DNA of 64,000 nt from Thermoanaerobaculia bacterium (lineage in GTDB: Bacteria > Acidobacteriota > Thermoanaerobaculia > Multivoradales > JAGPDF01): positions 332,969-396,968 of the forward strand of contig CAVRCL010000005.1 in the NCBI GenBank assembly GCA_963719555.1, read 5' to 3'. Both the position numbers and the translations under genes were made by a program. Numbering within the stretch: the stretch's first letter is position 1; every line of letters starts with the position of its first letter. The notes beneath the pieces were generated by a model. It did no database searches, was not told where the DNA came from, and saw nothing but the letters and a program-made list of their open reading frames with translations. Below are positions 32,895 through 43,566 of the stretch, piece by piece.

Positions 32895-35180
32895 TCAGCT
32901 GAGATCGGAATACAGGCTCCGGTAACTTTCTGCCAAGACAAGGATTCGTTTCACGTAGTTGCGCGATTCGACGATCGAAAGTCCTTCGAGGAAGCGGTCG
33001 ACCTCGCCCGTGGCCTGCTGTTCGCGCCAGAGACGTCCGATCCGGCCCGGTCCGCCGTTGTAGCCCGCCAAAGCGAGCTCCACCCGGTTGTCGAAGATCC
33101 CCAGCATCTGGCGGAAGTATGTCGTACCGAGGCGCAGACTGTATTCGGGCTCGAAAAGGCGTTGCGTGGTGAAGCTCATGCCGAGCCGGCGCGCGACCTC
33201 CTTGCCGGTCGCGGGCATGATCTGCATCAGGCCGCGAGCCCCGGAGCGGCTCTTTGCCGCCGGGTCGAATCCACTCTCCTGATGAACGATGCCGAAGACG
33301 AGCGACGAAGGCAGCGCCTTCTCGCTCGCGAAACGCGCCACCTCGCCGGCGAAGGGACGGGGATAGTAGAGCTCGAGCGCGGCGCGCGGGACGGTTTCCT
33401 GATGGGCCGTCGCGAGTTGCGGGAAGGCCCGGCGCAGCTCGCGGAGGCTCTCGCGGCGGGCGCCGGAGCGCGCGAGGATGAGACCCCGAAGCGCGGCTAC
33501 GGCGCGCTCGTCCGCCGCGCCGGCGACGCGATCGAGCTCGTCGATGGCGAGCTTGTCGAGCGCGAGGTCGGAGAGCCAGCGCGCCCGTTCGATCTGCCGG
33601 TCCTCGGGCCACTCCTCGCGCTGCGCGTCACGCTCGGGAGCTGCGGTGGGCGCTGCGCCCGAAAGACGAAGCGCCGCCTGCCGGGAGTAGAAATCGGCGG
33701 TGTCGGCGCGCGTGAGCGCGGCAAAGACCGCCACCGAGCGCTCGCGATCGCCGAGCTTCTCGAAAGCCCGCCCCGACCAGTATTGGGCGCTGCGGGCATA
33801 TGAGACCGCCGGATAGAGATCGCGCAATTCGCTCCAATAGCCGATCGCGCCGCTCCAGTTGCCAGCCTGGTACTCGCGCCAGCCGCGCTCCCAGAGCGAC
33901 CGTGCCCCGAGCGCATCGCGCGGCGCTGCCTTCGCCAACTCGTGCAGCAGCGAGATGGCGGCGTCAATCTCACCGGCGGCTTCGAGCTCGATATAGAGCT
34001 CGCGCAGGGCCAGCGCCTTGAGCTCGAGGGAGGTCGCGAGCTCGGCTGCGCGCCGGAGAGCGGCGAGCGCCTCCTTGCGCAACTGGGCGCGCTCGACGGC
34101 CGGCAGCGCCGGCCGTCCGCGGCGCACCGCACCGGCGTCCGCAGCGGCGTACGCGCGTTCGAGCTCGACACTCGCGCGCTGGTCGCCGCTCAAGGTGCTG
34201 GCTCCGACGCCGCCAGTGCTGCCGCCGGCTACCGCGCCTGCGGTCGCCGTGCCCGCCACGGCAAGCTCTGCGAGGGCTTCGTTGCCGCGCTGCGCGGCGG
34301 TCAGCGCGCGCGCCTGCAGCAGGCTCCACTCGAAGCTCCGGGCCGGTTGCGCGACGGCGTCGAGGGTGACGAGCGCTCCCAAGGGCACCTCGACCTGCAA
34401 CAGCGCGGTGGCACGCGCCAGCAGATCCTCCGCCGAGAGGAGATCTCGCCAGTTCCCCTGCGGGCGAGTGGCCAGGACACCGGCGACGTCGAGGCGGGCG
34501 GCGGCGAGCGGCGAGCTGACCAGCAGACGCCGGGCGGCCTCGCGTTGAACCGTCTCGTCGCCGGTCGCTCGTCCGATGGTCCAGGCGAGAGTGTCGAACT
34601 TCTCGCGTTCGAGGGCGGAGAGCGGTTCGTCGCGACCCTGGGCGATGAAAGCCAGAGCGTCGGCAGCATGGGTCTCCTGGAAGGCGAGCTCCGCCAGCTT
34701 GAGCAGGCTCGCCGAGCGCAGGGTTGACGTCGGAGTGGTGCGCAGCAGCGCTTCGAGCGCCACTCTCGCCTGCGCAGTGGCGCCGCGGGCGGCACTGCCT
34801 TCGGCGAGGACGAAGAGGCGCAGATCTTCGAGCGCCAGCGGCCCGGGACCTTGCGCGAGCAGACGCTGCGCGTCGTCGGTGCGGCCCTTTTCCCAGGCCA
34901 CGAGGCCGAGGACGACCCGGGCGCGACTCGCCTCGGGCTCGGCGGCGGCGAGCCTTGGCGCGAGCGCCTGCGCGGCGGCCGGATAGCCGCCGGTGCGCGC
35001 GGTGCCCGCGGCGGCTGCGTAGTCGGCCGCCAGCGCTTGCCCGGGGGAGAACTGGGCGGCCGGCTCGAGGTAGGTTGCCGCGGCCTCCGCCGGTGGGGAA
35101 GGGAGGAACGGAGTCGCGGCGAGCAGCGCCGAAAAGAGCGTCAGTGTGAGGACGGTGGGGCGGAGCCACTTCACCGGCAA
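32895..35180 (-). CDS. slt: Soluble lytic murein transglycosylase (Slt70-like: superhelical N-domain plus SLT domain)
   Basis: Signal peptide. Ala/Leu-rich helical repeats. C-terminal VFGIVHQESGFDPAAKSRSGARGLMQIMPATG...AGYNGGPGR. Confidence 0.88.
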   Translation of the reverse strand: MPVKWLRPTVLTLTLFSALLAATPFLPSPPAEAAATYLEPAAQFSPGQALAADYAAAAGTARTGGYPAAAQALAPRLAAAEPEASRARVVLGLVAWEKGRTDDAQRLLAQGPGPLALEDLRLFVLAEGSAARGATAQARVALEALLRTTPTSTLRSASLLKLAELAFQETHAADALAFIAQGRDEPLSALEREKFDTLAWTIGRATGDETVQREAARRLLVSSPLAAARLDVAGVLATRPQGNWRDLLSAEDLLARATALLQVEVPLGALVTLDAVAQPARSFEWSLLQARALTAAQRGNEALAELAVAGTATAGAVAGGSTGGVGASTLSGDQRASVELERAYAAADAGAVRRGRPALPAVERAQLRKEALAALRRAAELATSLELKALALRELYIELEAAGEIDAAISLLHELAKAAPRDALGARSLWERGWREYQAGNWSGAIGYWSELRDLYPAVSYARSAQYWSGRAFEKLGDRERSVAVFAALTRADTADFYSRQAALRLSGAAPTAAPERDAQREEWPEDRQIERARWLSDLALDKLAIDELDRVAGAADERAVAALRGLILARSGARRESLRELRRAFPQLATAHQETVPRAALELYYPRPFAGEVARFASEKALPSSLVFGIVHQESGFDPAAKSRSGARGLMQIMPATGKEVARRLGMSFTTQRLFEPEYSLRLGTTYFRQMLGIFDNRVELALAGYNGGPGRIGRLWREQQATGEVDRFLEGLSIVESRNYVKRILVLAESYRSLYSDLS

Positions 35181-35187
35181 GGCGTCC

Positions 35188-37101
35188 TCAGATTCCCAAG
35201 GCGCGAGGATCGCCGGCCGCGAGACTGCGAATCAACTCCTGCTGAAAGTAGTCGGTCGTGCCGCGCACGCTCTCGTGCACACGCTCCTCGTAGATCTGGC
35301 GCGAGCGGTCGATGTCGTCTTTCAACCGATGGTAGATGTCGCGATTGTGCCGACCCTCTTCCACCTGATCTTCGTTGTAGAGCTTGATCTCCGAGACCAG
35401 GAGCCTGGCGAGCCGCCGCGCCTCTTCGTGCAGTGCGTTGTCGCCGCCGCTGCGGGGCGAGCGCGAGCTCGAGAAGGCCCAACCCGGACCCTGCAGGTCG
35501 GCCGGGGGAGCCACTTCGGTGGTGCGGGCGCTGCGCGAGACCGTTGGCTCGTCGTCCGGCATCGCCGGCATCGCTGGCATGGGCAGAGGGGCGATCGCCG
35601 GAGCCACCGCAGCCGGCGCAGGCGTCGGCGCCGCGACGACGGGCGGCGTTTGCAGATCCGCGCGCTGGATCCTCACCGTCGCGTCGTCCGCCAGATCGGT
35701 CGCCACGGGCTCGGCCGGAGAGGCGGCCGGAGGTGCGAAGGCGATCGTACTGGCGGTGCTGCTGAGAGGTGCAGCGAAATCCGGCGTCGGTGCAATCTCC
35801 GGCTGCGGAATCTCGTGGGTGATGGCGGGTATGGCGAAGCGCTGCGTCGCGGCGGGCGAGTAGGTCGCGTGGGGCGCTGTCGCCTCCTCTGCTTCGCGCC
35901 AGCCGGAAGCCGCGGAAGCCGCCGCGAGGTCGAAGCTCGGCGCCCCCGGGAGGTCGGGTGGGGTCGCCGGCGACGCGAACGCGATCTCCTGGGTCGGCGT
36001 CGCGGCAGGGCCGTCCGATCCCATCGAAGCGGTCTCGGCGGACTCTTCCATCTGCCAGGAGATCTCCGCCGCGGCGGATTCCGTCAGGCTCGGGGGCGCT
36101 TCGCGCCCGGCGCTCGAGGCGATCGTCGGCATGGCCTGGATGAGGGTGGCCGGCTCTTCCTCGGCCTCGACTTCTGCGAAAGGCTCGACTTTGGCGCCCG
36201 GGGTGTCGACAACGCTCTCTTGCGGGCTTGTCGTCCAGGCGATGTCCGCTGCGGCGACGCTGCTCGCGGCCGCTGCGGGCAGGGAGTCTTGCGGTTCTGC
36301 GCTCGCGGGGCTCCCGGGCGTGGCGGGAGCCGTTGAATCCCAGAGTGCAAGGCCACGTTCGCTCGCCGGAGCCTCGCCGTCGAGAAAGAGGGTCGGAGTA
36401 TAGGTGCGCGTCGCGAGCGCCTGGAGCTCGAGCCGCTGGGCCGCGACGAGGGTCAGCATCTGCATCGCCTCGACCTCGAACTCTCGGGCTTCCGCCGCAT
36501 CGACATAGAGCGCTGCAGCTATCCGGTCGCGCAGAACCAGCGGAATGAAGAGAGCGCGCGCCGGCGCCGCGATCTCGAGCGCGTGGGAGATCTGCGCCGC
36601 CTCCGCGACGCTCAGGAGGACGCAGCCCGTACCCGTCGCGAGGCGGGCGAGCGCCGGCGAAGCGTCGTGCGGCAGTGTACGGCCGGCAATCGGGTCGCCG
36701 GCGAAGCCCCGGCTGGCCCAGCCGAGGAGCTCCGTTGGCCGCATCAGCCAGATTGCGGCGTGGTCGCCGAACGACTTCACACTCGCGAGGAGAGCTTCGA
36801 GGACGCTCGCCTGCGTGCGGGCGCGGTCGAACGCGACGAAGGCGCCGCGCTGCTCGCGCGCAAAGGCGAGGCGCGATTCCCCACCCGCCACGCGCGCCAT
36901 CTCCGCCAACTCCTCCTGGGCGAGCAGGCCCGGCGCCGCGGGCGGGGTGATCGCGTCCAGCTCCGCCAGCATGGCGGAGTTCGCCCGCTGCGCCTCGGCC
37001 GCGACCGCCCGGCGCATCTCCTGGCGGGTTTTCGCGAGGGCCTCGCTCAAGCGCTCGGAAACCTTGCGCTCGAGTTCCGCCAGATGTTCAGGAAGGGCCA
37101 T
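35188..37101 (-). CDS. Hypothetical protein: GAF-like N-region, ~300-aa Ala/Pro-rich linker, conserved helical C-terminal domain
   Basis: ATG 37101 with SD ggagga 8 nt upstream. C-terminal ARRLARLLVSEIKLYNEDQVEEGRHNRDIYHRLKDDIDRSRQIYEERV. No named family recognised. Confidence 0.6.
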   Translation of the reverse strand: MALPEHLAELERKVSERLSEALAKTRQEMRRAVAAEAQRANSAMLAELDAITPPAAPGLLAQEELAEMARVAGGESRLAFAREQRGAFVAFDRARTQASVLEALLASVKSFGDHAAIWLMRPTELLGWASRGFAGDPIAGRTLPHDASPALARLATGTGCVLLSVAEAAQISHALEIAAPARALFIPLVLRDRIAAALYVDAAEAREFEVEAMQMLTLVAAQRLELQALATRTYTPTLFLDGEAPASERGLALWDSTAPATPGSPASAEPQDSLPAAAASSVAAADIAWTTSPQESVVDTPGAKVEPFAEVEAEEEPATLIQAMPTIASSAGREAPPSLTESAAAEISWQMEESAETASMGSDGPAATPTQEIAFASPATPPDLPGAPSFDLAAASAASGWREAEEATAPHATYSPAATQRFAIPAITHEIPQPEIAPTPDFAAPLSSTASTIAFAPPAASPAEPVATDLADDATVRIQRADLQTPPVVAAPTPAPAAVAPAIAPLPMPAMPAMPDDEPTVSRSARTTEVAPPADLQGPGWAFSSSRSPRSGGDNALHEEARRLARLLVSEIKLYNEDQVEEGRHNRDIYHRLKDDIDRSRQIYEERVHESVRGTTDYFQQELIRSLAAGDPRALGI

Positions 37102-37245
37102 TGCGAAGTCCTCCAACCTCTCGTTCAAGAGACAGAACCGCTCGAAACCTCACATTATCGAGACAGACGCCCCCCGCGTCAAGCCGCATACTCTCCGCAA
37201 AGTGAACTTCGGAAAGGGTTTAGGGTTTGGCCTCGCGCCGGGTTC

Positions 37246-37274
37246 TTGACTGCGCTCGTGCCCGGGTCTAGAAT
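37246..37274 (+). promoter_or_regulatory. Sigma-70-type promoter candidate for rpsU
   Basis: TTGACT (37246-37251), 17-nt spacer, TAGAAT (37269-37274), about 65 nt upstream of the rpsU GTG. Confidence 0.45.
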
Positions 37275-37339
37275 CACAAGTCCTTCTGCCTGCGGTCCTT
37301 AGGCCGTGATGTTGGCAGCCAAAGCGAGGTGAGCGAGCA

Positions 37340-37546
37340 GTGCCGATCGTGCACGTACGGGAAGAAGAGAGTTTCGAGAACGCGCTGCGACGTTTCAAGC
37401 GCAAGTGCGAGAAGGCCGGTGTGTTGACCGAACTGAAGAAGCGTCAGCACTTCGAGAAGCCCTCCGTGAAGCGCAAGCGCAAGGCCATCCAGGCGAAGAA
37501 GAAGATGCTGCGCAAGGTGCAGGAAGAACGCCGGATGGGCCTCTAG
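37340..37546 (+). CDS. rpsU: 30S ribosomal protein S21
   Basis: [48 protein letters not shown]... GTG start with gaggtgag upstream. Confidence 0.95.
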   Translation: MPIVHVREEESFENALRRFKRKCEKAGVLTELKKRQHFEKPSVKRKRKAIQAKKKMLRKVQEERRMGL

Positions 37547-37596
37547 GCCCTCTGGGCTCGGTCGGCAGCAGATGCAGCAGGCTTTCGCTCGACCGA

Positions 37597-37634
37597 GCGG
37601 GGCCGGGGAAACCCGGACCCCGCTTCTGTTTTTT
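37597..37634 (+). terminator. Rho-independent terminator after rpsU
   Basis: gcggggccgggg-aaa-cccggaccccgc stem-loop (37597-37623) followed by ttctgtttttt. Confidence 0.7.
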
Positions 37635-37639
37635 CAGCG

Positions 37640-40066
37640 ATGACCCGCACTCGCGTTCCCCGCCATCGATTCCGCTGCCTCGCCGTCGCCGCGCCGGCGA
37701 CTCGCCTCGCGCTCGAGTTCGACGCCCTCCTCGCCCTTTTCGCCTCCGAGGCGCGCACCGATCTCGGCGCAGCGGTGCTGCGCGCTCTCGAACCGGCGCG
37801 CGAGCCCGAGGAGCTCCGCCGCCGGCGCGCGCGCTACGAGGAGGTCGAACGGCTCACCGTCGAAGCCCCGCTGGTGCCCGGTCTCGGCGAGGGCCTGGCG
37901 GCGCTCGTCGACCGCCTGGCGAGCGGCGATCCCCCGCTCGCTGGCGGCGAGATCCTGCGCCTCGCGGGCCTCCTCGCGGCCGGCGGTGAGGCGGCGGCGA
38001 GAATCGCCCGGACGGACCCGCCGTGCGCAGAGCTCGCGCGCGCCGTGGCGGATCTGGCCGACCCGCAGCCGCTGGTACGCAAGATCGGCCGGATTCTCGA
38101 TCGCAAAGGCGAGGTGCGCGACGACGCCAGCCCGAAGCTCGCCGCCCTGCGCCGGCAGGTTCAGGGCGCCCGCGAGCGGCTCTACGGCAGGCTCGAGGCG
38201 ATCGGCGGCGCGCACCGCGAGCTGATCGGCGAAGAGACGATTCCGATGCGCGGCGGGCGCCTGATGCTCATGGTGCAGGCCGGCAACCGCGGCAAGCTCG
38301 CCGGGCTCGTGCACGGGCGGTCGGCGACCGGCAAGAGCCTCTATTTCGAGCCCCTCGAAGTGGTCGAAGAGAACAACACCCTGCAGGGCGCCGTCGACGA
38401 GCTCGAGGGCGAGCGCCAGCGGTTGCTCTACGAACTGCTGCGCGATCTCGCGGCCGAGAGTCCGTTGGTGCGGCAGATGGCTGGACTGATCGGCGAGCTC
38501 GACGCGCTCGAGGCGGCGCGCCGCCTGGCGCGCGAGATCGACGCCCACCTTCCGGTGCTGGCGCCGCCAGGCCGCATGCGCCTGGTCGGCGCGCGCCACC
38601 CGCTGCTCGATCCGCGGCTCGCCCGCCGCCGCGAGCGGGTTCTCGGCGCGCGCGGTCACGAGAGCGCGGTCGAGCCCCTGGATGTCGAGCTCACTCCCGA
38701 GCGGCGCGCCCTGGTGATCACCGGCCCCAACGCCGGTGGCAAGACCGTGGCCTTGAAGACGCTCGGGCTGCTGGCGCTCGGGGCCCAGGCCGGCTTGCCG
38801 ATTCCGGCTGCGGCCACGAGCGAGATGCCGCACTTCACCAGCCTGGTGGCGACGGTGGGTGACGAGCAGGACCTGCTCGCCGACCGCTCGACCTTCTCCG
38901 GCCGCCTGGCGCGTCTGGCGGAGGCCTACCGCGCGGCGGGGCCGCAGAGTCTCGCGCTGCTCGACGAGCTCGGCTCCGGCACCGATCCCGAAGAGGGCAC
39001 GGCGCTCGCGGTAGCGCTCCTCGAGACGCTCGTCGAGCGTGGCGGCCTGGCGCTGATCACGACCCACCTCACCGGCCTCGCGGCGGCCGCCCTCGAGCTT
39101 CCCGGGGCGACGTGCGCGGCGATGGAGTTCGAGCCGTCGACTGGGCGACCGACCTTCCGCCTCCTGCCCGGCTCGCCGGGCGGCAGCGAAGCGCTCGCCC
39201 TGGCCCGGCGCATGGACCTTCCGGTGGAGTGGATCGCGCGGGCGGAGGCGTTGCTGGGCGACGAGCACCGCGACCTCCGCCGCCTCCTCGCCGAGCTCGA
39301 AGCGACCCGCGAGAGGCTCGCTGTCGCAGCCGAAGCGACGCGCGTCGAGCGCGCCGGGGCCGAGCTCACGGCGGAGCGGCTCGAACGCGAGCGCGCCGCG
39401 CTCGAAGCCGAAAGGCGCACCCTCGGCGCCCGCGTCAAGCGCGAGCTCGCCGAGTTCCGCGAACGGGTGACGCGCGAGCTCTCCGTTACAGCCGACCGCA
39501 TCCGGGCCGAGCTCGCCGCCGGCCGCAAGAAGGGCGTCGCCCAGCAAGCGGCAGCGCGCCTTTTCGCGGAGGCTCCGCAGGTCGACTTCGCCGAGGAGGC
39601 GGCGCCCGACCTGCCGCTCGTCGTGGGCGCGCAGGTGCGCCACGGGACGCTCGGCTGGCGCGGCATCGTCGAGCGACTCTCCGGCGACAAGGTCGAGGTG
39701 CTGGCGAACGGCAAGCGCCTGCGCCTTGCGGCGGGCGACCTGGTCGTCGAGCCGGCGCAGCGATCGCCCGGCGCCCGCAGCGGCCTCAAGCGCGCCGGCG
39801 GCGAAGTCGATCGCGCCGCTTCGCCGCCGGAGCTCCACCTGATCGGGCAACGCGTGGAGCCGGCGCTCGAGGAGCTGGATGCCTTCCTCGACCAGGCCAT
39901 GCTCTCCGGCAGGGGCGAAGTGCGGATCGTGCACGGCCACGGCTCCGGCCGGCTGCGCGACGCCTTGCGTGAGCGGCTGCGCAAGCATCCGGCGGTCGCC
40001 GCCTCCCGGCCCGGAGCCCCCAACGAGGGCGGCAACGGGGCGACCGTCGTGACCTTGCGCGACTAG
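37640..40066 (+). CDS. mutS2: Endonuclease MutS2 (MutS ATPase core plus C-terminal Smr domain)
   Basis: Walker A ITGPNAGGKTVALKT and LLDELGSGTDPEEG. C-terminal Smr region ELHLIGQRVEPALEELDAFLDQA...VRIVHGHGSGRLR. Confidence 0.92.
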   Translation: MTRTRVPRHRFRCLAVAAPATRLALEFDALLALFASEARTDLGAAVLRALEPAREPEELRRRRARYEEVERLTVEAPLVPGLGEGLAALVDRLASGDPPLAGGEILRLAGLLAAGGEAAARIARTDPPCAELARAVADLADPQPLVRKIGRILDRKGEVRDDASPKLAALRRQVQGARERLYGRLEAIGGAHRELIGEETIPMRGGRLMLMVQAGNRGKLAGLVHGRSATGKSLYFEPLEVVEENNTLQGAVDELEGERQRLLYELLRDLAAESPLVRQMAGLIGELDALEAARRLAREIDAHLPVLAPPGRMRLVGARHPLLDPRLARRRERVLGARGHESAVEPLDVELTPERRALVITGPNAGGKTVALKTLGLLALGAQAGLPIPAAATSEMPHFTSLVATVGDEQDLLADRSTFSGRLARLAEAYRAAGPQSLALLDELGSGTDPEEGTALAVALLETLVERGGLALITTHLTGLAAAALELPGATCAAMEFEPSTGRPTFRLLPGSPGGSEALALARRMDLPVEWIARAEALLGDEHRDLRRLLAELEATRERLAVAAEATRVERAGAELTAERLERERAALEAERRTLGARVKRELAEFRERVTRELSVTADRIRAELAAGRKKGVAQQAAARLFAEAPQVDFAEEAAPDLPLVVGAQVRHGTLGWRGIVERLSGDKVEVLANGKRLRLAAGDLVVEPAQRSPGARSGLKRAGGEVDRAASPPELHLIGQRVEPALEELDAFLDQAMLSGRGEVRIVHGHGSGRLRDALRERLRKHPAVAASRPGAPNEGGNGATVVTLRD

Positions 40067-40084
40067 GGACTACAATTGCGCCAG

Positions 40085-40675
40085 ATGCCCTCCGAGCTCG
40101 AACCGAGCGGGCCCGAGATCACGGCGCTGCTGGTCGCCGTCGAGAACGGGGACCGCGGAGCTTTCGACCGCCTGTTCGAGGCGGTCTACACGGAGCTGCG
40201 CACCATCGCTCGCCGTCAACTGCGCGGAGCCTATTCGGCCGACACGCTGAGCACGACGGCGCTGGTGCACGAGGCCTATCTCAAGTTCTCGAAGCAAGCC
40301 TCCTGGTCGGTGGAGAACCGTCGCCACTTCTACGCCCTGGCGGCGCGCGCCATGCGCAGCGTGGTGATCGATCACGCGCGCCGGCGCGGCCGGGTGAAGC
40401 GCGGCGGGGCGCGCGTCGCGGTGGAGCTCGACGAGCAGCAGATCGCTTCCCCCGAGCGCGGCGCCGACCTTCTGGCGGTGGACGAAGCCCTCTCGCGCCT
40501 CGAGAGCGCCGACCCCGACCTCGCCCAGCTCGTCGAATGGCGCTTCTTCGGCGGCCTCTCGATCGAGGAGATCGCCGGGCTCCTGGATGTTTCCGACCGC
40601 ACCGTGAAGCGCCGCTGGCGCACCGCCCGTGCTTTTCTCTTCCAGGACCTCGCGGCACAGGGCATCTCGACGTGA
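40085..40675 (+). CDS. ECF-type sigma-70 family factor of the kinase-associated kind (TIGR02999 / ECF43-like)
   Basis: ITALLVAVENGDRGAFDRLFEAVYTELRTIARRQL...TLSTTALVHEAYLKF (region 2). LVEWRFFGGLSIEEIAGLLDVSDRTVKRRW (region 4). The stop overlaps the GTG of the kinase gene. Confidence 0.85.
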   Translation: MPSELEPSGPEITALLVAVENGDRGAFDRLFEAVYTELRTIARRQLRGAYSADTLSTTALVHEAYLKFSKQASWSVENRRHFYALAARAMRSVVIDHARRRGRVKRGGARVAVELDEQQIASPERGADLLAVDEALSRLESADPDLAQLVEWRFFGGLSIEEIAGLLDVSDRTVKRRWRTARAFLFQDLAAQGIST

Positions 40676-43566
40676 AGCGCCCGGACCCGGCGCGCTTTTC
40701 CGCCGCGCGCCGGCATTTCGAGGTGCTCGCCGACCTCGACGAGCCCGTGCGCCGGGCGCGCCTCGCGGAGCTCCGCGCGATCGATCCCGAGCTCGCCCAT
40801 GCAGTGGATGGCCTCCTCGCCGCCGACTCGGCGGCCGGTGAGAGTTTCCTGGGCGAGGCGGTGGCCGGCTTCGCTCCATCCCTTATGCAGGAGGCGTTGG
40901 GCGAAGAAGCGGCCGACGGCCAGGAAGGCCACCTCGAAGGCACGCTCGTCGGCCCCTACCGGCTGCGGGTGCTGCTCGGGCGCGGCGGCATGGGAGAGGT
41001 CTGGGAGGCAGAGCGCGCCGACGGGCAGTTTGAGCAGGTCGTGGCGCTCAAGCTCCTCAAACGCGGCATGGACTCGGCGGCGGTCCTCGCCCGCTTCCTG
41101 CGTGAACGACAGATCCTGGCGCGGCTCGAGCATCCGAACATCGCGCGGCTCCTCGACGGCGGCGTCGCCGCGGACGGCCGGCCCTACCTCGTGCTCGAGC
41201 GCGTCGCAGGCGAGCCGATCCAGCAGTGGTGCCGGCGGCGGAACAGTCCGGTGGCGGAGCGCCTGCGGCTCATGATCGCGGTCTGCGAAGCGGTCGACGC
41301 TGCACACCGCAGTCTCATCGTGCACCGCGACCTCAAGCCCTCCAACATTCTCGTCGATACCGACGGACGGGTGAAGCTGCTCGATTTCGGCATCGCCAAG
41401 CTGCTCACCGGAGGGGAGGAGTCGGAGGCCGACCGCACGCGCCTGGAAGAGCGCGTGCTCACTCCGGCGTACGCCGCGCCAGAGCAGATTCTCGGCCAGC
41501 CGGTGACCACCGCGACCGACGTCTACGCCCTCGGGGTGGTGCTCTATGAGCTGCTCGCCGGCCGGCTGCCGCATCGCCGCGACACCGGTTCTGCCGTCGC
41601 TCTCGCCGAAGAGGTCGAGCGCGAGACCCTGGTGCGTCCGAGCCGCATCGCGGCGGCGAGCGGCGACGCCCGCCAGTTGGTGGGCGACCTGGACACGATC
41701 GTGCTCAAGGCGCTCGCCCGCGAGCCCGGACGACGCTATGGCGGCGCGGCCGCGCTCGCCGAGGATCTGGAGCGTCACCTGGAGGGTCGTCCGGTGCTCG
41801 CCCGCCCCGACCGCCTCGGCTACCGCGTCGGGAAGTTCGTCGGGCGGCATCGTGTCGTGGTCGGCGCCGCAGCCCTGGTGGTGCTCGCCCTGATCGGCGG
41901 CATCGCCGTCTCGCTCTGGCAGGCGCGGATCGCCCGGCTCGAAGCCGCCAAGGCGACCGCCATCCAGAAGTTCGTTTTCGGACTTTTCGAAGTCAACCGG
42001 GTACGCAACCCCGACGGCGCCAAGGCGCGCGAGACGACCGCCGAGGGGCTGCTGAAGCTCGCGGTGGTGGAGCTCGAGAAGAACGCGCCCGCGACCGCGG
42101 CGCAGCGCGAGGTGCACGCCGAGCTCCAGAGCACGATCGCCGACCTCCTCGCCGATCTCGGCCTGCACGAGGAGGCCGTGCGGTTGTGGACCGCGCTCGC
42201 CGCCGAGCTCGAGACCCGGGCGCCCGACGCCCGCCTCGCCGACGTGCTGGTGAGCCGCGGCATCGCGGCGAGTCTGATCGGTGGGGCGGACAAGGCGCGG
42301 CTCGACTTCGAGCGCGCGCTCGCCATCCTCGATGGCGCCGGAGACACGACCTCGGTGCAGCGCGGCTGGTTGCTCTACAACCTGGGCCACCACTATTGGA
42401 GCCATCCCGGTTCCGCGGACGGCAAGGCGGAAGAGCTCTTCCGGGCCGCGATCGCGGTACTCGCACCGCACGGACCGTCGCGCGAGTTGGCCAACGCCCA
42501 CTATGGCCTCGGCCGCGTGCTCGAATCGCGGCCCGACCCGGAGGGCGCGAGGAGCGCCTTTCGCGCCGGCATCGACGTCGCCGAAGCCGCACCCGGCATC
42601 GCGCGCACGGTCGTCGCCGGCGGCTACCAGCAGCTGTCGCGCGCCCAGGCGGCGATGCAGGAGTTCGCCGGCGCCGAGGAGAGCATTCGCCGCGCGATGG
42701 CGGTCTTCGAGGAGTTCGCCGGCAAGGAGCATCGGCTGACCCTCGAGGCGGGAAACGACTTGGGACGTCTGCTCGATGCCACCGACCGCCCGGTGGAGGC
42801 GTTGCCGCTCTTCGAGCGCGCCCTGGCGGATCGCCTCGCCCGACTGGGACCGCTCCATACGCTGTCGGTGTCGACGCGTTTCTCTCTCGCCCAGGCGCGA
42901 CTTCACGCCGGCGATCTCGCGACCGCGCTCGCCGCGGTGACCGCACTCGATCGCGACCTCTCGACCGACGCGCGTCTGCTCGAGGATCGCGGCGGGATCG
43001 TCGCCTGGCTCCTCGCCCGTGCGCTGCTCGGGACGGGCCGGGCCGAGGCCGCCGCAGAGCAGCTCGCGCGCGCCGAGCCGCTCCTTCTCGCGCGCTACGG
43101 CGAGCCGAGCCCCTGGCTGGTGGAGGCAGGTCTGCTCGAGTGCGAGATCGCCCTCGCCCGAGGCTCCGCGGCCGAAGCGCGCGACCGCTTGGCGGCGGTC
43201 GCCGGGCGGGTAGCCGGAGCGGCGGCCACGGATGCGCGCCGCTCGCGGCTCGAGCTGCTGCAGAGCGCGATCGATCTCGAGCTGGGAGATCTCGCCGCGG
43301 CCGCCGAAGCGGCGGCAAGGGCGGTGGAGTTCGCCGCCCGCGAGCCCGGGCGCGAGTATCGCAGGCTCGGCGAAGCGGCGGCCCGGCGCGCGGTCGCGGT
43401 GGTCGCGGAGCGCAGCGGACGGGGCGCCGAGGCGCGAGCGGCGGCGGCCTCCGCCCTTGCGCTCTACCGTTCCGCGCTGCTGCCGGGAAGTCCCAAGCTG
43501 CTCGAACTGGAGCGCGAGCTCGATCGTTCGACGCTGCTTTCCGACAGCGGGACGACCGCGAGGTGA
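40672..43566 (+). CDS. Ser/Thr protein kinase with one TM segment and a long TPR-like C-terminal region (paralog 1)
   Basis: N-domain VKRPDPARFSAARRHFEVLADLD...LLAADSAAGESFL. Kinase motifs GRGGMGEVWEA, VALKLLK, HRDLKPSNILVD, DFGIAK, YAAPE. TM VVVGAAALVVLALIGGIAV. TPR-like repeats. Confidence 0.9.
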   Translation: MKRPDPARFSAARRHFEVLADLDEPVRRARLAELRAIDPELAHAVDGLLAADSAAGESFLGEAVAGFAPSLMQEALGEEAADGQEGHLEGTLVGPYRLRVLLGRGGMGEVWEAERADGQFEQVVALKLLKRGMDSAAVLARFLRERQILARLEHPNIARLLDGGVAADGRPYLVLERVAGEPIQQWCRRRNSPVAERLRLMIAVCEAVDAAHRSLIVHRDLKPSNILVDTDGRVKLLDFGIAKLLTGGEESEADRTRLEERVLTPAYAAPEQILGQPVTTATDVYALGVVLYELLAGRLPHRRDTGSAVALAEEVERETLVRPSRIAAASGDARQLVGDLDTIVLKALAREPGRRYGGAAALAEDLERHLEGRPVLARPDRLGYRVGKFVGRHRVVVGAAALVVLALIGGIAVSLWQARIARLEAAKATAIQKFVFGLFEVNRVRNPDGAKARETTAEGLLKLAVVELEKNAPATAAQREVHAELQSTIADLLADLGLHEEAVRLWTALAAELETRAPDARLADVLVSRGIAASLIGGADKARLDFERALAILDGAGDTTSVQRGWLLYNLGHHYWSHPGSADGKAEELFRAAIAVLAPHGPSRELANAHYGLGRVLESRPDPEGARSAFRAGIDVAEAAPGIARTVVAGGYQQLSRAQAAMQEFAGAEESIRRAMAVFEEFAGKEHRLTLEAGNDLGRLLDATDRPVEALPLFERALADRLARLGPLHTLSVSTRFSLAQARLHAGDLATALAAVTALDRDLSTDARLLEDRGGIVAWLLARALLGTGRAEAAAEQLARAEPLLLARYGEPSPWLVEAGLLECEIALARGSAAEARDRLAAVAGRVAGAAATDARRSRLELLQSAIDLELGDLAAAAEAAARAVEFAAREPGREYRRLGEAAARRAVAVVAERSGRGAEARAAAASALALYRSALLPGSPKLLELERELDRSTLLSDSGTTAR

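Noticed and set aside
32747-32941. 64-aa minus-strand ORF overlapping the tRNA-Met.
   Set aside because: A clean cloverleaf tRNA occupies this sequence.
37634-39988. 784-aa minus-strand ORF antisense to mutS2.
   Set aside because: It has no motifs and mirrors the mutS2 frame, which carries the MutS Walker A and Smr domain.
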